Notes: generated by a model not told the origin, from the letters alone. A DNA stretch of 23,605 bases from Gemmatimonadota bacterium (GCA_040905425.1 JBBDRO010000069.1:1-23605), one strand, 5' to 3'; shown: positions 8,734 through 17,687, counted from the first letter of the stretch. Made by a program: numbers and translations.

Positions 8734-9384
8734 CTATTCCTCGAGCGCGTGGAGCGCGTCCGCCACGTCCTCGGCGGGCTCCGCCACATCGGGGTCCTCG
8801 CTCCGGAGGTCCTCCGCCAGAGCAGCGTGCAGACGGGGTGCCAGCGCCTCCAGGCAGGTGGGGTCGAGGAGCAGCGCCTCCTCCACGATCCGCAGGAGCG
8901 CCATGCGGCCCGCGCCGTCGACGCCGCTCCAGAGTTCCACGAAGGCTTCCGTGGCGCGGCCGTCGGAGAGCCGCTCGGCGGCGTCGGCATGGCGGCCGGA
9001 CCCGACCAGCCCACCGAAGATCATCTTCTCCGCCGCCGGGCTCTGCAGCTCCACCAGCCGCCAGGCCAGCTCCGGTGCGGGGATCACGCCCACCATGACC
9101 AGCCCGTCGTCCACCACGGTCGTGGGGACCGCCCGGACTTCATACTGCGCGGCCAGTTCGGGCTCCTGGCTCACATCCACGATCTCCAGGCCGATGTGCG
9201 GGCTGGCCAGCGCCAGCGTGGCCACAGCGCGCACCTGGTGCGGGCAGGCCTGGCAGCCGGGCTCCACGAAGAGCGTGAGATCGGTATCCCGCTCCATGCG
9301 GTCCATGAGCTCCTGGACGCGCTCGACCTCCTCGGGTGTGGTCAGGGCCGCCAGGGCTTCCAGGTCCAGCATCGGTTCGTTCAT
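8734..9384 (-). CDS. Thioredoxin-family protein (CQAC) with helical C-terminal extension
   Basis: LFVEPGCQACP and EVRAVPTTVVD (cis-Pro loop) resemble the AhpF-NTD/glutaredoxin-like fold. The C-terminus is acidic, helical and HEAT-like. Confidence 0.85.
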   Translation of the reverse strand: MNEPMLDLEALAALTTPEEVERVQELMDRMERDTDLTLFVEPGCQACPHQVRAVATLALASPHIGLEIVDVSQEPELAAQYEVRAVPTTVVDDGLVMVGVIPAPELAWRLVELQSPAAEKMIFGGLVGSGRHADAAERLSDGRATEAFVELWSGVDGAGRMALLRIVEEALLLDPTCLEALAPRLHAALAEDLRSEDPDVAEPAEDVADALHALEE

Positions 9385-9468
9385 GCGTGGTATGGTAGGC
9401 CACGGCGCCCGCGCAGGCGAGGGGCACGGCCTGCGAAACCGGTCTGAAAATTGCTACCAGCCCCCGCG

Positions 9469-10545
9469 ATGACACGCAACATATGGCTCACTGCGCTGGC
9501 GCTTCTGCTGCCGCTGCTGTCCGCCTGCCAGGGCCGACGGGGACTGGAGCCCCCCGCGCCCCAGGAGATCGAGACCAGCGTCTTCCTGGTGGGCGATGCC
9601 GGGGAGCCGAACCCGCGCCAGCTCGGCCCGGCGCTCCGGCACCTGTCGGAGCAGGTCGCCGCCGCACCCGACGGGTCGGTGGTCCTGTTCCTGGGGGACA
9701 ACATCTATCCGGAAGGCGTGCCGCAGGAGGGCGCGCCGGAGTGGGCCGACGCGCGCCGCCGCCTGCGGACGCAGATCCAACTCATCCCGCCGGGCGTCCG
9801 GGCCATCTTCATGCCGGGCAATCACGACTGGGGCGGGGGCCCGTTCGGCCTCTACTCGCTACGGACACAGGAGGCCTGGATTGCGGAGATGGCCGGCGGG
9901 CGCGACGTCAGCATGGTGCCCTCCAACGGCTGTCCGGGCCCGGTCCCCTTCGACGTGGGCCGCCTGCGCATGGTCATTCTGGACACCCAGTGGTGGCTGC
10001 ACGACTACATCGTGCGGGACGAGCGTTCCAACTGTGATACGAACACGAGCGGCCAGGTGACGGCGGCGCTGCGCGAGCAGGTCCGGCCCACCCGTGACGA
10101 CCAGATCGTGATGGTGGCGGGCCACCACCCCCTGGTCACCGGCGGCCGCCACGGCGGCTACTGCGGCATCACGGGACCCTTCCAGCGCTTTGCCGGCCGG
10201 AGCCAGGACATCATGTCCAGTGCCAACCGCACGATGCGCGATTCGCTGGAGAGCGCGTTCAGTGCGCACCCGCCGCTCATCTACGCGTCGGGCCACGAGC
10301 ACACCCTGCAGGTGCTCCGGGGCGGCAGGAGTGTGCACTACCTGCTGGTGAGTGGGTCCGCCAGCAAGCGGGAGTGCGCGGTCAAGATGCGCGAGAGCTA
10401 CTACGTGAGCCAGAACCGCCACGGCTTCATGCGCGTGGACCTCCTGCGGGACGGCAGTGTGTGGCTGGGCGTGTACCGGTATACGGGGCAGGGTGAGGGA
10501 GAGGGCGGCCTGTCCTATGCTCGCCTGCTGAACCCGCGCAGATGA
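9469..10545 (+). CDS. Lipoprotein metallophosphoesterase (calcineurin-like)
   Basis: Lipobox LSAC after ATG 9469. Motifs GDAG, LGDNIY, PGNHDW, HHP, SGHEH. Confidence 0.92.
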   Translation: MTRNIWLTALALLLPLLSACQGRRGLEPPAPQEIETSVFLVGDAGEPNPRQLGPALRHLSEQVAAAPDGSVVLFLGDNIYPEGVPQEGAPEWADARRRLRTQIQLIPPGVRAIFMPGNHDWGGGPFGLYSLRTQEAWIAEMAGGRDVSMVPSNGCPGPVPFDVGRLRMVILDTQWWLHDYIVRDERSNCDTNTSGQVTAALREQVRPTRDDQIVMVAGHHPLVTGGRHGGYCGITGPFQRFAGRSQDIMSSANRTMRDSLESAFSAHPPLIYASGHEHTLQVLRGGRSVHYLLVSGSASKRECAVKMRESYYVSQNRHGFMRVDLLRDGSVWLGVYRYTGQGEGEGGLSYARLLNPRR

Positions 10546-11336
10546 TGACGCAGCGCGAGACTCTGGCATGCCTCGGCGTAGTGGCTGCCTGTCTGGCGCC
10601 CGTGTGCCTGGTGCCGGGACAAGCCTATGCGCAGGAGCCGACCGAGGCGCAACTGCGCATCCTGCGCATCGAGTCCACCCCGATTGGCGCGCTGCCGCCG
10701 CTGCCGCTCCCCATGCCCGCCAGCCGGGATCACCACTACTGGGGCATCCGCGCCCAGGCGGGCAACCGCCACCAGGGCGGCCGCGACCTGTTGGCGCTGG
10801 CGGGCGGGATCGATCTGCAATGGCGCGGCGGCTCGATCTTCGGCGTGACGGGCGGCTACCAGAAGCGGGACTGCGCGCTGGCCGGCCCGGACTGTGGCGG
10901 GCACCTCTTCGTGGGCGGCCGCGCCCGCTTCAACGTGGTGACGGGCGGCCCCACGCTGGCCGCCCTGGTGGGTGACTACAGCGCCACCACCACGCTCGGC
11001 AGCGAGATCGGCTTCGGCTACGCGCCCGAGGTGCTGAACGGCCTGGACGCCTGCACCATCGACGTGGGCATGCCCATCTCCCTGGCCATGCTGCAGCGGG
11101 TCCGGGTGGTGACCTTTGTGACGCCCGGCGTGGTGCTGGACAGTGACTGCACGTCCGGCCCGCCCACCCGGGCCAGCTTCATTACCGGCCTGGGCGTGGG
11201 CATCCAGCAGCTCGGCCTGCGGGAACTGGACGTCTACCTGGGTCTGCAGAAGATCTTCCGGCAGGAGGCGGGCTATCAATTCGGCCTGAGCGTCACCTGG
11301 GTGCGGCTGCCGTCACTCGACCCGCCGGGGCGCTGA
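10542..11336 (+). CDS. Exported hypothetical protein, probable small outer-membrane beta-barrel
   Basis: Signal peptide ending AYA-Q. Alternating amphipathic Gly/aromatic strands (YWGIRAQAG, GGIDLQW, FGVTGGY, EIGFGY, VYLGLQK, YQFGLSVTW). ATGA overlap with the upstream gene. Confidence 0.6.
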   Translation: MMTQRETLACLGVVAACLAPVCLVPGQAYAQEPTEAQLRILRIESTPIGALPPLPLPMPASRDHHYWGIRAQAGNRHQGGRDLLALAGGIDLQWRGGSIFGVTGGYQKRDCALAGPDCGGHLFVGGRARFNVVTGGPTLAALVGDYSATTTLGSEIGFGYAPEVLNGLDACTIDVGMPISLAMLQRVRVVTFVTPGVVLDSDCTSGPPTRASFITGLGVGIQQLGLRELDVYLGLQKIFRQEAGYQFGLSVTWVRLPSLDPPGR

Positions 11337-11343
11337 GCCGCCC

Positions 11344-13047
11344 TCACGCCCGCGTGGTGCTGAACCACTTCAGGAAGCGCTGCTCGTCGGCGGTGGTGCC
11401 CACCAGGATCAGTTCGGCGTCCGGCTCGGAGGGGAGTTCCGTCTCGGCCGGCGGGTTCGTGTGCATTCCCGTGCTGTCCTTGACCGCCACCACGTGGCAG
11501 CCCGTGTCCTGACGGATGCGGGAGTCGCGCAGCTTCACCCCCCACAGCGTCCGCGGCACGCTCACCCGGAAAAGGTCCAGCCCCTCGGCGATCATGACCA
11601 CGTTGCCGCCCTCCAGGATGTTCAGGATGGCATTGGCGCCCATCGAGGCATAGGACATCACGAAGTCGGCGCCTGCCCGGTGGAGGGTGCTGACGTTGCG
11701 CTCCAGCGTGGCGCGGCTGACGATCTGGACATCCGGCCTGAGCCGGCGGCAGTAAACAGTGAGGTAGATGTTGGTGGCATCGTCCGCCGTGGTGACGATG
11801 ATGGTCGGCGCTTCCGCCACGCCCGCCTGCTCCAGGCACTCCCGATCCGCCGCGCTGCCGATGATGGTGTGCTCGGGAATGCGCACCCGGTCCGGGTTCC
11901 GCTCCACGATCGTGTACTCGAGCCCGCGCTCCTCCAGGGCGGCAGCGGCCGCGCGGCCCACGCGGCCGCCCCCCAGGATGAGCACGGGGGCATCCGCGGG
12001 GCGGTAGATGGCGGTCAGCTCCGTGAACTGGAGGAGCTGCTCCTCGGTGCCGGCCAGCAGCAGCACCGTGGAGGAATTCAGCAGGGTGTCCGGACCGGGC
12101 ACGGAGAAGCGACCGCGGTCCCAGGAGCCGACGGCGGTCAGCCCCGTCATTTCCCGCAGCCACCCTTCGCCCAGCGACTTGCCCACCAGCGGCGTGCCGA
12201 CCACCGGCGCCTCCGCGATGATGAGATCGTCGAACTGGCCGATGACGCCGGCGCGGTGGTCCCCCGCCAGGGTGCGGCGCGCCAGGGAGCGGCCGAGGAT
12301 GTCCGGCAGCTGGAGCACCGTGGTGGAACCGGCCAGCTCCAGGATGTCCACCGAGGCGGGATCCCGGGCAAAGCTCACGATGGGGACCGCGCCGTCCAGT
12401 TCGCGGACGGTGAAGGCGATGTTGGTATTCACGTGGTCATCCACGTTGGCCACCACCATGGCTGCTCGCGCCGCCCCGAGCCGCCGATAGGTATCCATGT
12501 CCTCGGGGCTGCCCAGCACCACGCGCACGCCCGTCTCCTCCAGTTCGAGTGCGCGGCCCAGATCCGCCTCGATGACGAAGCATGCGCGCCCGAGCACGGC
12601 CAGCCGCTCGAGCAGCGCGATGGCCACCGGCTCGTGGGAGGCCAGGAGGATGTGGCCCCGCACCGAGTCATCCACCTCCCGCGGCACCCGCCGGCGGGTC
12701 TGCGCCTCCAGCCACGGCGCGTAAAAGAACTGGATGAAGGTGAAGGGCAGCACGATGAGCAGGATCATCACGCCCGAGACGAGCACGAACAGGGAAAAGA
12801 TCCGCCCCAGGTCACTCTGGAAGGTGATGTCCCCGAAGCCCAGCGTGGACATGACGGTGAGCGTCCAGTAGAAGCCGGTCACCCAGGAGTGGCTCTGCCC
12901 CTCGTGCTCCATGATCACGTGGAACAGGATGCTGTAGCCAACGACCAGCACCGCCAGGATGGCCATGAAGCGGACGAGCAGGCCGATGTTGCGCCGCGTC
13001 CCGGTGGTCTCCACGAAGTAGGAGAACTGCGCCGCCAGAAATTTCAC
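11344..13047 (-). CDS. RCK-gated potassium channel (2TM pore + two TrkA-N/TrkA-C modules)
   Basis: Pore FYWTLTVMSTLGFGDI is flanked by two TM helices. RCK motifs include LGGGRVG, GSAADRECLEQAG and DATNIYL. Likely start is GTG 13047 (VKFLAAQFSYF). Confidence 0.92.
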   Translation of the reverse strand: MKFLAAQFSYFVETTGTRRNIGLLVRFMAILAVLVVGYSILFHVIMEHEGQSHSWVTGFYWTLTVMSTLGFGDITFQSDLGRIFSLFVLVSGVMILLIVLPFTFIQFFYAPWLEAQTRRRVPREVDDSVRGHILLASHEPVAIALLERLAVLGRACFVIEADLGRALELEETGVRVVLGSPEDMDTYRRLGAARAAMVVANVDDHVNTNIAFTVRELDGAVPIVSFARDPASVDILELAGSTTVLQLPDILGRSLARRTLAGDHRAGVIGQFDDLIIAEAPVVGTPLVGKSLGEGWLREMTGLTAVGSWDRGRFSVPGPDTLLNSSTVLLLAGTEEQLLQFTELTAIYRPADAPVLILGGGRVGRAAAAALEERGLEYTIVERNPDRVRIPEHTIIGSAADRECLEQAGVAEAPTIIVTTADDATNIYLTVYCRRLRPDVQIVSRATLERNVSTLHRAGADFVMSYASMGANAILNILEGGNVVMIAEGLDLFRVSVPRTLWGVKLRDSRIRQDTGCHVVAVKDSTGMHTNPPAETELPSEPDAELILVGTTADEQRFLKWFSTTRA

Positions 13048-13260
13048 GACTGTCTGTCCCGGGTTCGGTTCATGGAAACGGGCCTGGTGCCCGTGGCGAG
13101 CGGTGCCCGTCATAGTACCGGACGCAGGGTGTTTCATCCAGTGGGCCGCGCCGCCGGTGCGCCGGGAAGCCGGGCGCCACCGGGCCGCGTCACGTCCGCA
13201 CCGCGGTGGGCCATACCATGCTGGCCGCGCATGTGGCCCCGCCCTTGCCGGAGAACTGGC

Positions 13261-14934
13261 ATGACCATGCAACGTGGACTTTTCGTAACCGGTGCGCTCC
13301 TCCTGGCCCTGGCCGGGTGCGGGGAGACGGCGGATACCCTGGAAGAGGCGGTCGACATCGCGGCGGAGGGTGGCGCCAAGCACCTGCGCGAGCCCCTGCG
13401 ACCCGCTGGCGACGCGCCGCGGGTGCTCGTGTTCGCGCTGGACGGCGTGGGCCACAAGGCGCTCGACGGGGCGCTGGAGCGGGGCGCGCTCCCCACGCTG
13501 GCGGCGCTGCTAGGCCACCGGGACGACTCCACCTCGTTTGCCCACGGCGTGAGCGTGGGGCCGGTGCTCACGGTGCTGCCCTCCATCACGCTCGCGGCCT
13601 GGACCACGCTCTTCACCGGCGCGCCGCCGGGCGAGAGCGGTGTGCCCGGCAACGAGTGGTTCGACCGCGAGAACGCCCGCTTCTACGCGCCCGCCCCCGT
13701 ATCGGTATCCGGCCGGGCCGACGCGCTGGCCAGTCTGAACGGTCAGCTCATGGACACGCTCGTGGCCGCGCCCACGCTCTTCGAACGCGCGGACGTGCGG
13801 AGCTACGTCTCCCTCCTCACGGTGCACCGCGGAGCGGACATCCTGGCGCTGCAGGGAGTGGAGGAACTGCTGGACATGGTGGCCGCATTTCCGGAGGGCG
13901 CGGTGGGTGACGAACCGGTGGACCGGGAGCTGTACGCGGCGGTGGACCGCGGTTCGGCCACCGGCATGGCCGACCTGGTGCGGGACGAGGGGCCACCGGA
14001 TCTGGGGGTGGTCTACTTCCCGGGCATCGACCTCTACACGCACGCGGCGCGCTCGCCGCTGGCCGAGCAGCAGCGCTACCTGGCCGAGGTGACTGACGCG
14101 GCCATGGCGGAGGTGCTGGACGCCTATCGCGCGGCGGGGGCGCTGGAGGGCACGTACGTCATCGTGACCGCGGACCACGGGCATACACCGGTGCTGAATG
14201 ACGCCACGCATGCACTGGGCGGCGATTCGGCCTTCGCGGTGGAGGCGGCGCTGGAGGAAGCCGGCTTCCGCGTGCGGCCCGCCGAACTGGAACCCTCCTC
14301 CGAGGACCATCAGGCCGTGCTGGCCTGGCAGGGCGCGTTCGCCTACCTGTCGCTGGCGGACCGCTCTACCTGCGGAGCGGCCGGGGCCATCTGCACCTGG
14401 CCCGCGCCGCCGCGCTGGGAAGAGGACGTGCTGCCCGCGGCCCGCGCCGTGGCGAGCGCGGCGGAGAGCCACCCGTCCAGTCCGCTGGACCTGGTCATCC
14501 TGCGGCGGTCCACCGGCCCCGGGGAGAGCGCGCTCTTCGTGCTGCGAGACGGGGAGCCGGTGGCGCTTGACGCCGATCTGGCGGCGTCCCCACGGCCCGA
14601 ACTCCTGGCGTTCGCCGAGCGCCTGGCCTGGCTCACCGCCGGGCCGCACGGGGACCACGCCGGGGACATCCTCCTCATGACGCGCCTGGGCGCGTCCATG
14701 GCGGAGGAGGAGCGCTACTACTTCTCGGGGCCGTACCACTCCTGGCACGCCAGCGCCGAGGCGCAGGACAGCCACGCACCGCTGCTGGTGGCCCGCGTGG
14801 ACCTGCCGGGCACGGAGATCCGCTCGCGCATGGGGGCGGTGGCGGAGCGGCCGACCCAGCTGGATTTCGTGGACCTGGTGCTGCGGCTGCTGGAGCGTGC
14901 AGCGGAAGGCGCCGCGGCCGTCAGTCCGCCGTAG
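13261..14934 (+). CDS. Alkaline phosphatase superfamily (nucleotide pyrophosphatase/phosphodiesterase-like) lipoprotein
   Basis: Start ATG 13261 (or 13267) with lipobox LAGC. Motifs VFALDG, LPSITLAAW (Thr nucleophile), IDLYTH, VTADHG, HSWH. Confidence 0.88.
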   Translation: MTMQRGLFVTGALLLALAGCGETADTLEEAVDIAAEGGAKHLREPLRPAGDAPRVLVFALDGVGHKALDGALERGALPTLAALLGHRDDSTSFAHGVSVGPVLTVLPSITLAAWTTLFTGAPPGESGVPGNEWFDRENARFYAPAPVSVSGRADALASLNGQLMDTLVAAPTLFERADVRSYVSLLTVHRGADILALQGVEELLDMVAAFPEGAVGDEPVDRELYAAVDRGSATGMADLVRDEGPPDLGVVYFPGIDLYTHAARSPLAEQQRYLAEVTDAAMAEVLDAYRAAGALEGTYVIVTADHGHTPVLNDATHALGGDSAFAVEAALEEAGFRVRPAELEPSSEDHQAVLAWQGAFAYLSLADRSTCGAAGAICTWPAPPRWEEDVLPAARAVASAAESHPSSPLDLVILRRSTGPGESALFVLRDGEPVALDADLAASPRPELLAFAERLAWLTAGPHGDHAGDILLMTRLGASMAEEERYYFSGPYHSWHASAEAQDSHAPLLVARVDLPGTEIRSRMGAVAERPTQLDFVDLVLRLLERAAEGAAAVSPP

Positions 14935-15457
14935 TGAAGGTGAAGATCATGCCGAAGCTGCCATTGGCATGCTCCCAGCCGGATCCCATGTGCGGATGGG
15001 CGCCGCCCATGCCACCCATGCCGCCGCCCATCATACCGCCGGATACCCACGTGCCACCCATATGCGCGCTCCCGTGCGTCTCGAAGTCCGTGGCACCACC
15101 GTGGGCTCCTTCCATGCCGCCGCCGAGATGTATGGTGTAGCCCGTGCCCGCCTCGAGCGGGGCGGCGGGTTCGAAGGTGAGCACGCGGCCATCCGGGGCG
15201 AGTGACCACGCCCCGGCAACCTCCGGCCCGGAGATATCACCCTCGTGCAGCGCCGCGTAGCTGGTCATGGCCGGCATGATGGCATGGTCGAACGTGATCA
15301 CCACCGAACTCGTGATGGCCACGTCCACACTCCCCCCCGCGGGCTGTACGCTGAGCAGCACCACCTCCTCCTCGACGGCCGCCGGATCATCCGCACAGGC
15401 CGCCATGCCCATCATGGCCAGTACCAGGCTCCCGCCCACGAGCACCCTACCGTTCAT
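14921..15457 (-). CDS. Ig-like (Big_5-type) lipoprotein with His/Met/Gly-rich loop, putative metal-binding
   Basis: ATG 15457 follows GAGAGG. Lipoprotein signal ends MAAC. Big_5 pattern: SVQPAGGSVDV...VVITFD...LTFEPAAPLEAGTGYTIHL...FTFTT. The last ~70 aa contain 7 His and 8 Met. Confidence 0.8.
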   Translation of the reverse strand: MNGRVLVGGSLVLAMMGMAACADDPAAVEEEVVLLSVQPAGGSVDVAITSSVVITFDHAIMPAMTSYAALHEGDISGPEVAGAWSLAPDGRVLTFEPAAPLEAGTGYTIHLGGGMEGAHGGATDFETHGSAHMGGTWVSGGMMGGGMGGMGGAHPHMGSGWEHANGSFGMIFTFTTAD

Positions 15458-15561
15458 CACCGCACACCTCTCAGTTGTTGACACTGTGACGCCGCACACG
15501 TCCGCCGCGACCCGGCCGATCAGACTCCGTATTCCGACCACGCCCCCACGGGCTGTATGAC

Positions 15562-15616
15562 ACGATACCATGGCACGCCTGAGGATGCCGTGAAACGCAC
15601 ATGAAGCCGTCTTCAC
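15562..15616 (-). promoter_or_regulatory. Putative OmpR-family operator and promoter of the His/Met lipoprotein
   Basis: TGAG/TGAA/TGAA at 15580, 15591 and 15602 (11-bp period), plus the inverted repeat TGAAG-ccgt-CTTCA at 15602-15615. An extended -10-like TGgTATCGT lies on the minus strand at 15562-15570. Confidence 0.5.
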
Positions 15617-15744
15617 GACGGCGGCATCGCGGCCACCCCCTTTCCTCCACCGCCAGCGGACAGGATCTTGGGTCGTAGCGCTGAGACGCCTATCCGGAAC
15701 CGCGAGCACACCCAGCGCCGACACTCACCGGGAAGGAGACGGGG

Positions 15745-16428
15745 ATGCGCATCCTCGTAGTGGAAGATGACGTGAAGGTGGCCAGCTTCCTGGAGAAGGG
15801 GCTGCGCGAGGAGGGCTACGCCGTGGACGTGGCCCACGACGGTATGGACGGCAGCCTGAAAGCGCACGTCTACGACTATGACCTGCTGGTGCTGGACGTG
15901 ATGCTGCCCAACAAGACCGGCTTCGAGATCGTCCACGCCCTGCGGAAGGAGCAGAAGCGTGTTCCCGTGCTCCTGTTGACCGCGCGGGACGCCAAGGAAG
16001 ACGTGGTGCGCGGTCTGGACGCGGGCGCCGATGACTACCTGACCAAGCCATTCAGCTTCGATGAGCTCCTGGCGCGGGTCCGGGCGCTCCTGCGGCGCGG
16101 TGGCGCAGTGCGTGAGGACCGGCTGATCTACCAGGACGTGGAGGTCGACCGCCTGAAGCACACCGCCGTGCGCGGCGGCCAGGACCTCAATCTCACGCCG
16201 AAGGAGCACCAGCTTCTGGAGTATCTCCTGCTGCGGCCGGAGGTGGTGGTGCGCAGAACGGAACTGCTGGAAAAGGTCTGGGACCTTCATTTCGACCCCA
16301 TGAGCAATGTGGTGGACGTGCACGTGGGCAACCTCCGACGCAAGCTCCGGCAGTGCGGTCCGCCCCTGGTCCACACCGTGCGCGGCGTGGGCTACATCCT
16401 GCACCATGAATGGGACGAGGAGGAGTGA
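15745..16428 (+). CDS. OmpR/PhoB-family response regulator, heavy-metal (CusR/CzcR-like) type
   Basis: MRILVVEDD, YDLLVLDVMLP, LLLTARD, GADDYLTKPF, LTPKE, VWDLHFDPMSNVVDVHV, HTVRGVGY. SD AGGAG. Confidence 0.93.
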   Translation: MRILVVEDDVKVASFLEKGLREEGYAVDVAHDGMDGSLKAHVYDYDLLVLDVMLPNKTGFEIVHALRKEQKRVPVLLLTARDAKEDVVRGLDAGADDYLTKPFSFDELLARVRALLRRGGAVREDRLIYQDVEVDRLKHTAVRGGQDLNLTPKEHQLLEYLLLRPEVVVRRTELLEKVWDLHFDPMSNVVDVHVGNLRRKLRQCGPPLVHTVRGVGYILHHEWDEEE

Positions 16429-17687
16429 ATCGGCTTGCCATCCACCTGCACCCCCGCGCCGAGCGCGCGGTGAAGCGGGAGCACCCCTGGGTCTACGCGG
16501 AGGGCATCCGCCAGCTGCGGCGCGAAGGCCGCGCGGGGGATCTGGCGGTGATCTTCGACGAGCGGGACCGCTTCCTGGCCATCGGCCTCTACGACCCCGC
16601 ATCGCCCATCCGCATCCGGGTCCTGCACCGCGGCCACCCCGAGACCATCGACGCCGCCTGGTTCGCCGCTCGCCTGCGGGCCGCCTGGGAGCGGCGCGCG
16701 CCCCTGCGGGAGGAGGCAACCACCGCCTTCCGCATGGTGCACGGGGAGAACGACGGGCTGCCCGGATTGGTGGTGGACCGCTACGCCTCCAGCCTGGTGG
16801 TCAAGCTCTACACCGCCGCCTGGTTCCCGCACCTGGAGGCCGTGCTGGCGGGGCTGGAGGCGCTGCTGCCCGTGCAGCGCGTGGTGCTACGGCTGAGCCG
16901 TGCCGTGCAGCGAGAGGCCGGCGCCCCGGCCACGGCCCCCGATGGCCCGGCCCAGCAGGACAGCCGGACGCCCGGCTATGGCCAGCCACTGCACGATGGC
17001 CAGCTCCTCCGCGGCCCGGAGCTCGAGGGTCCGGTCCTCTTCCAGGAGAACGGCCTCACCTTCGAGGCCGACCTGGTGCACGGCCAGAAGACCGGCTTCT
17101 TCCTGGACCAGCGGGACAACCGCGCGCGGGTGGAGGCGCATGCCGGCGGCCGCACGGTGCTGAACGTCTTCTCCTACACCGGCGGGTTCTCCGTCTACGC
17201 GGCGCGAGGCGGCGCGCGCGAGGTGGTCAGTCTGGACGCCAGCGGACCCGCCCTGGCCGCCGCGGAGCGCAACTTCGACCACAACCGGGACGACCCGGCG
17301 GTGGCCGCCGCGCGCCACCGCACGCTGGAGGATGACGCCTTCGCGCTGCTGCCGGAGCTGGCGGGCCGAGGCGAGCGCTTCGACGTGGTGATCCTGGATC
17401 CGCCGTCCTTTGCCAAGGCGCAGGCGGAGGTGCCGGCCGCGCTGGTTAGCTACGCGCGGCTCCTCGGGCAGGGGTTGGACGTGCTCGCGCCCGGCGGCCT
17501 GCTGGTGGCGGCCTCCTGCTCCAGCCGGATCACGGCGGAGGCGTTTGGTGACCTGGTGGTGGAGGCGGGCGGCCGGGCGCGGCGCCCGCTGACCGTCCTG
17601 GAACAGACCGGACACCCGCTCGACCACCCCATCGGCTTTCCCGAAGGCGCCTACCTGAAGTGCGTCTTCGCGCGGGCTGACGAATAG
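16425..17687 (+). CDS. RlmI-like class I SAM-dependent rRNA (m5C) methyltransferase
   Basis: PUA-like N-terminus (HPWVY), HGENDGLPGLVVDRY, GQKTGFFLDQRDNR, VLNVFSYTGGFS, ILDPPSF, SCS, DHP, YLK. GTG 16425 overlaps the regulator stop. Confidence 0.9.
   Translation: MNRLAIHLHPRAERAVKREHPWVYAEGIRQLRREGRAGDLAVIFDERDRFLAIGLYDPASPIRIRVLHRGHPETIDAAWFAARLRAAWERRAPLREEATTAFRMVHGENDGLPGLVVDRYASSLVVKLYTAAWFPHLEAVLAGLEALLPVQRVVLRLSRAVQREAGAPATAPDGPAQQDSRTPGYGQPLHDGQLLRGPELEGPVLFQENGLTFEADLVHGQKTGFFLDQRDNRARVEAHAGGRTVLNVFSYTGGFSVYAARGGAREVVSLDASGPALAAAERNFDHNRDDPAVAAARHRTLEDDAFALLPELAGRGERFDVVILDPPSFAKAQAEVPAALVSYARLLGQGLDVLAPGGLLVAASCSSRITAEAFGDLVVEAGGRARRPLTVLEQTGHPLDHPIGFPEGAYLKCVFARADE

Noticed and set aside
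11461..13260. N-terminal ~600 aa of the 1157-aa plus-strand ORF
   Set aside because: Antisense shadow of the K+ channel gene. The real protein starts at the lipoprotein signal at 13261/13267, so this is not a giant fusion.
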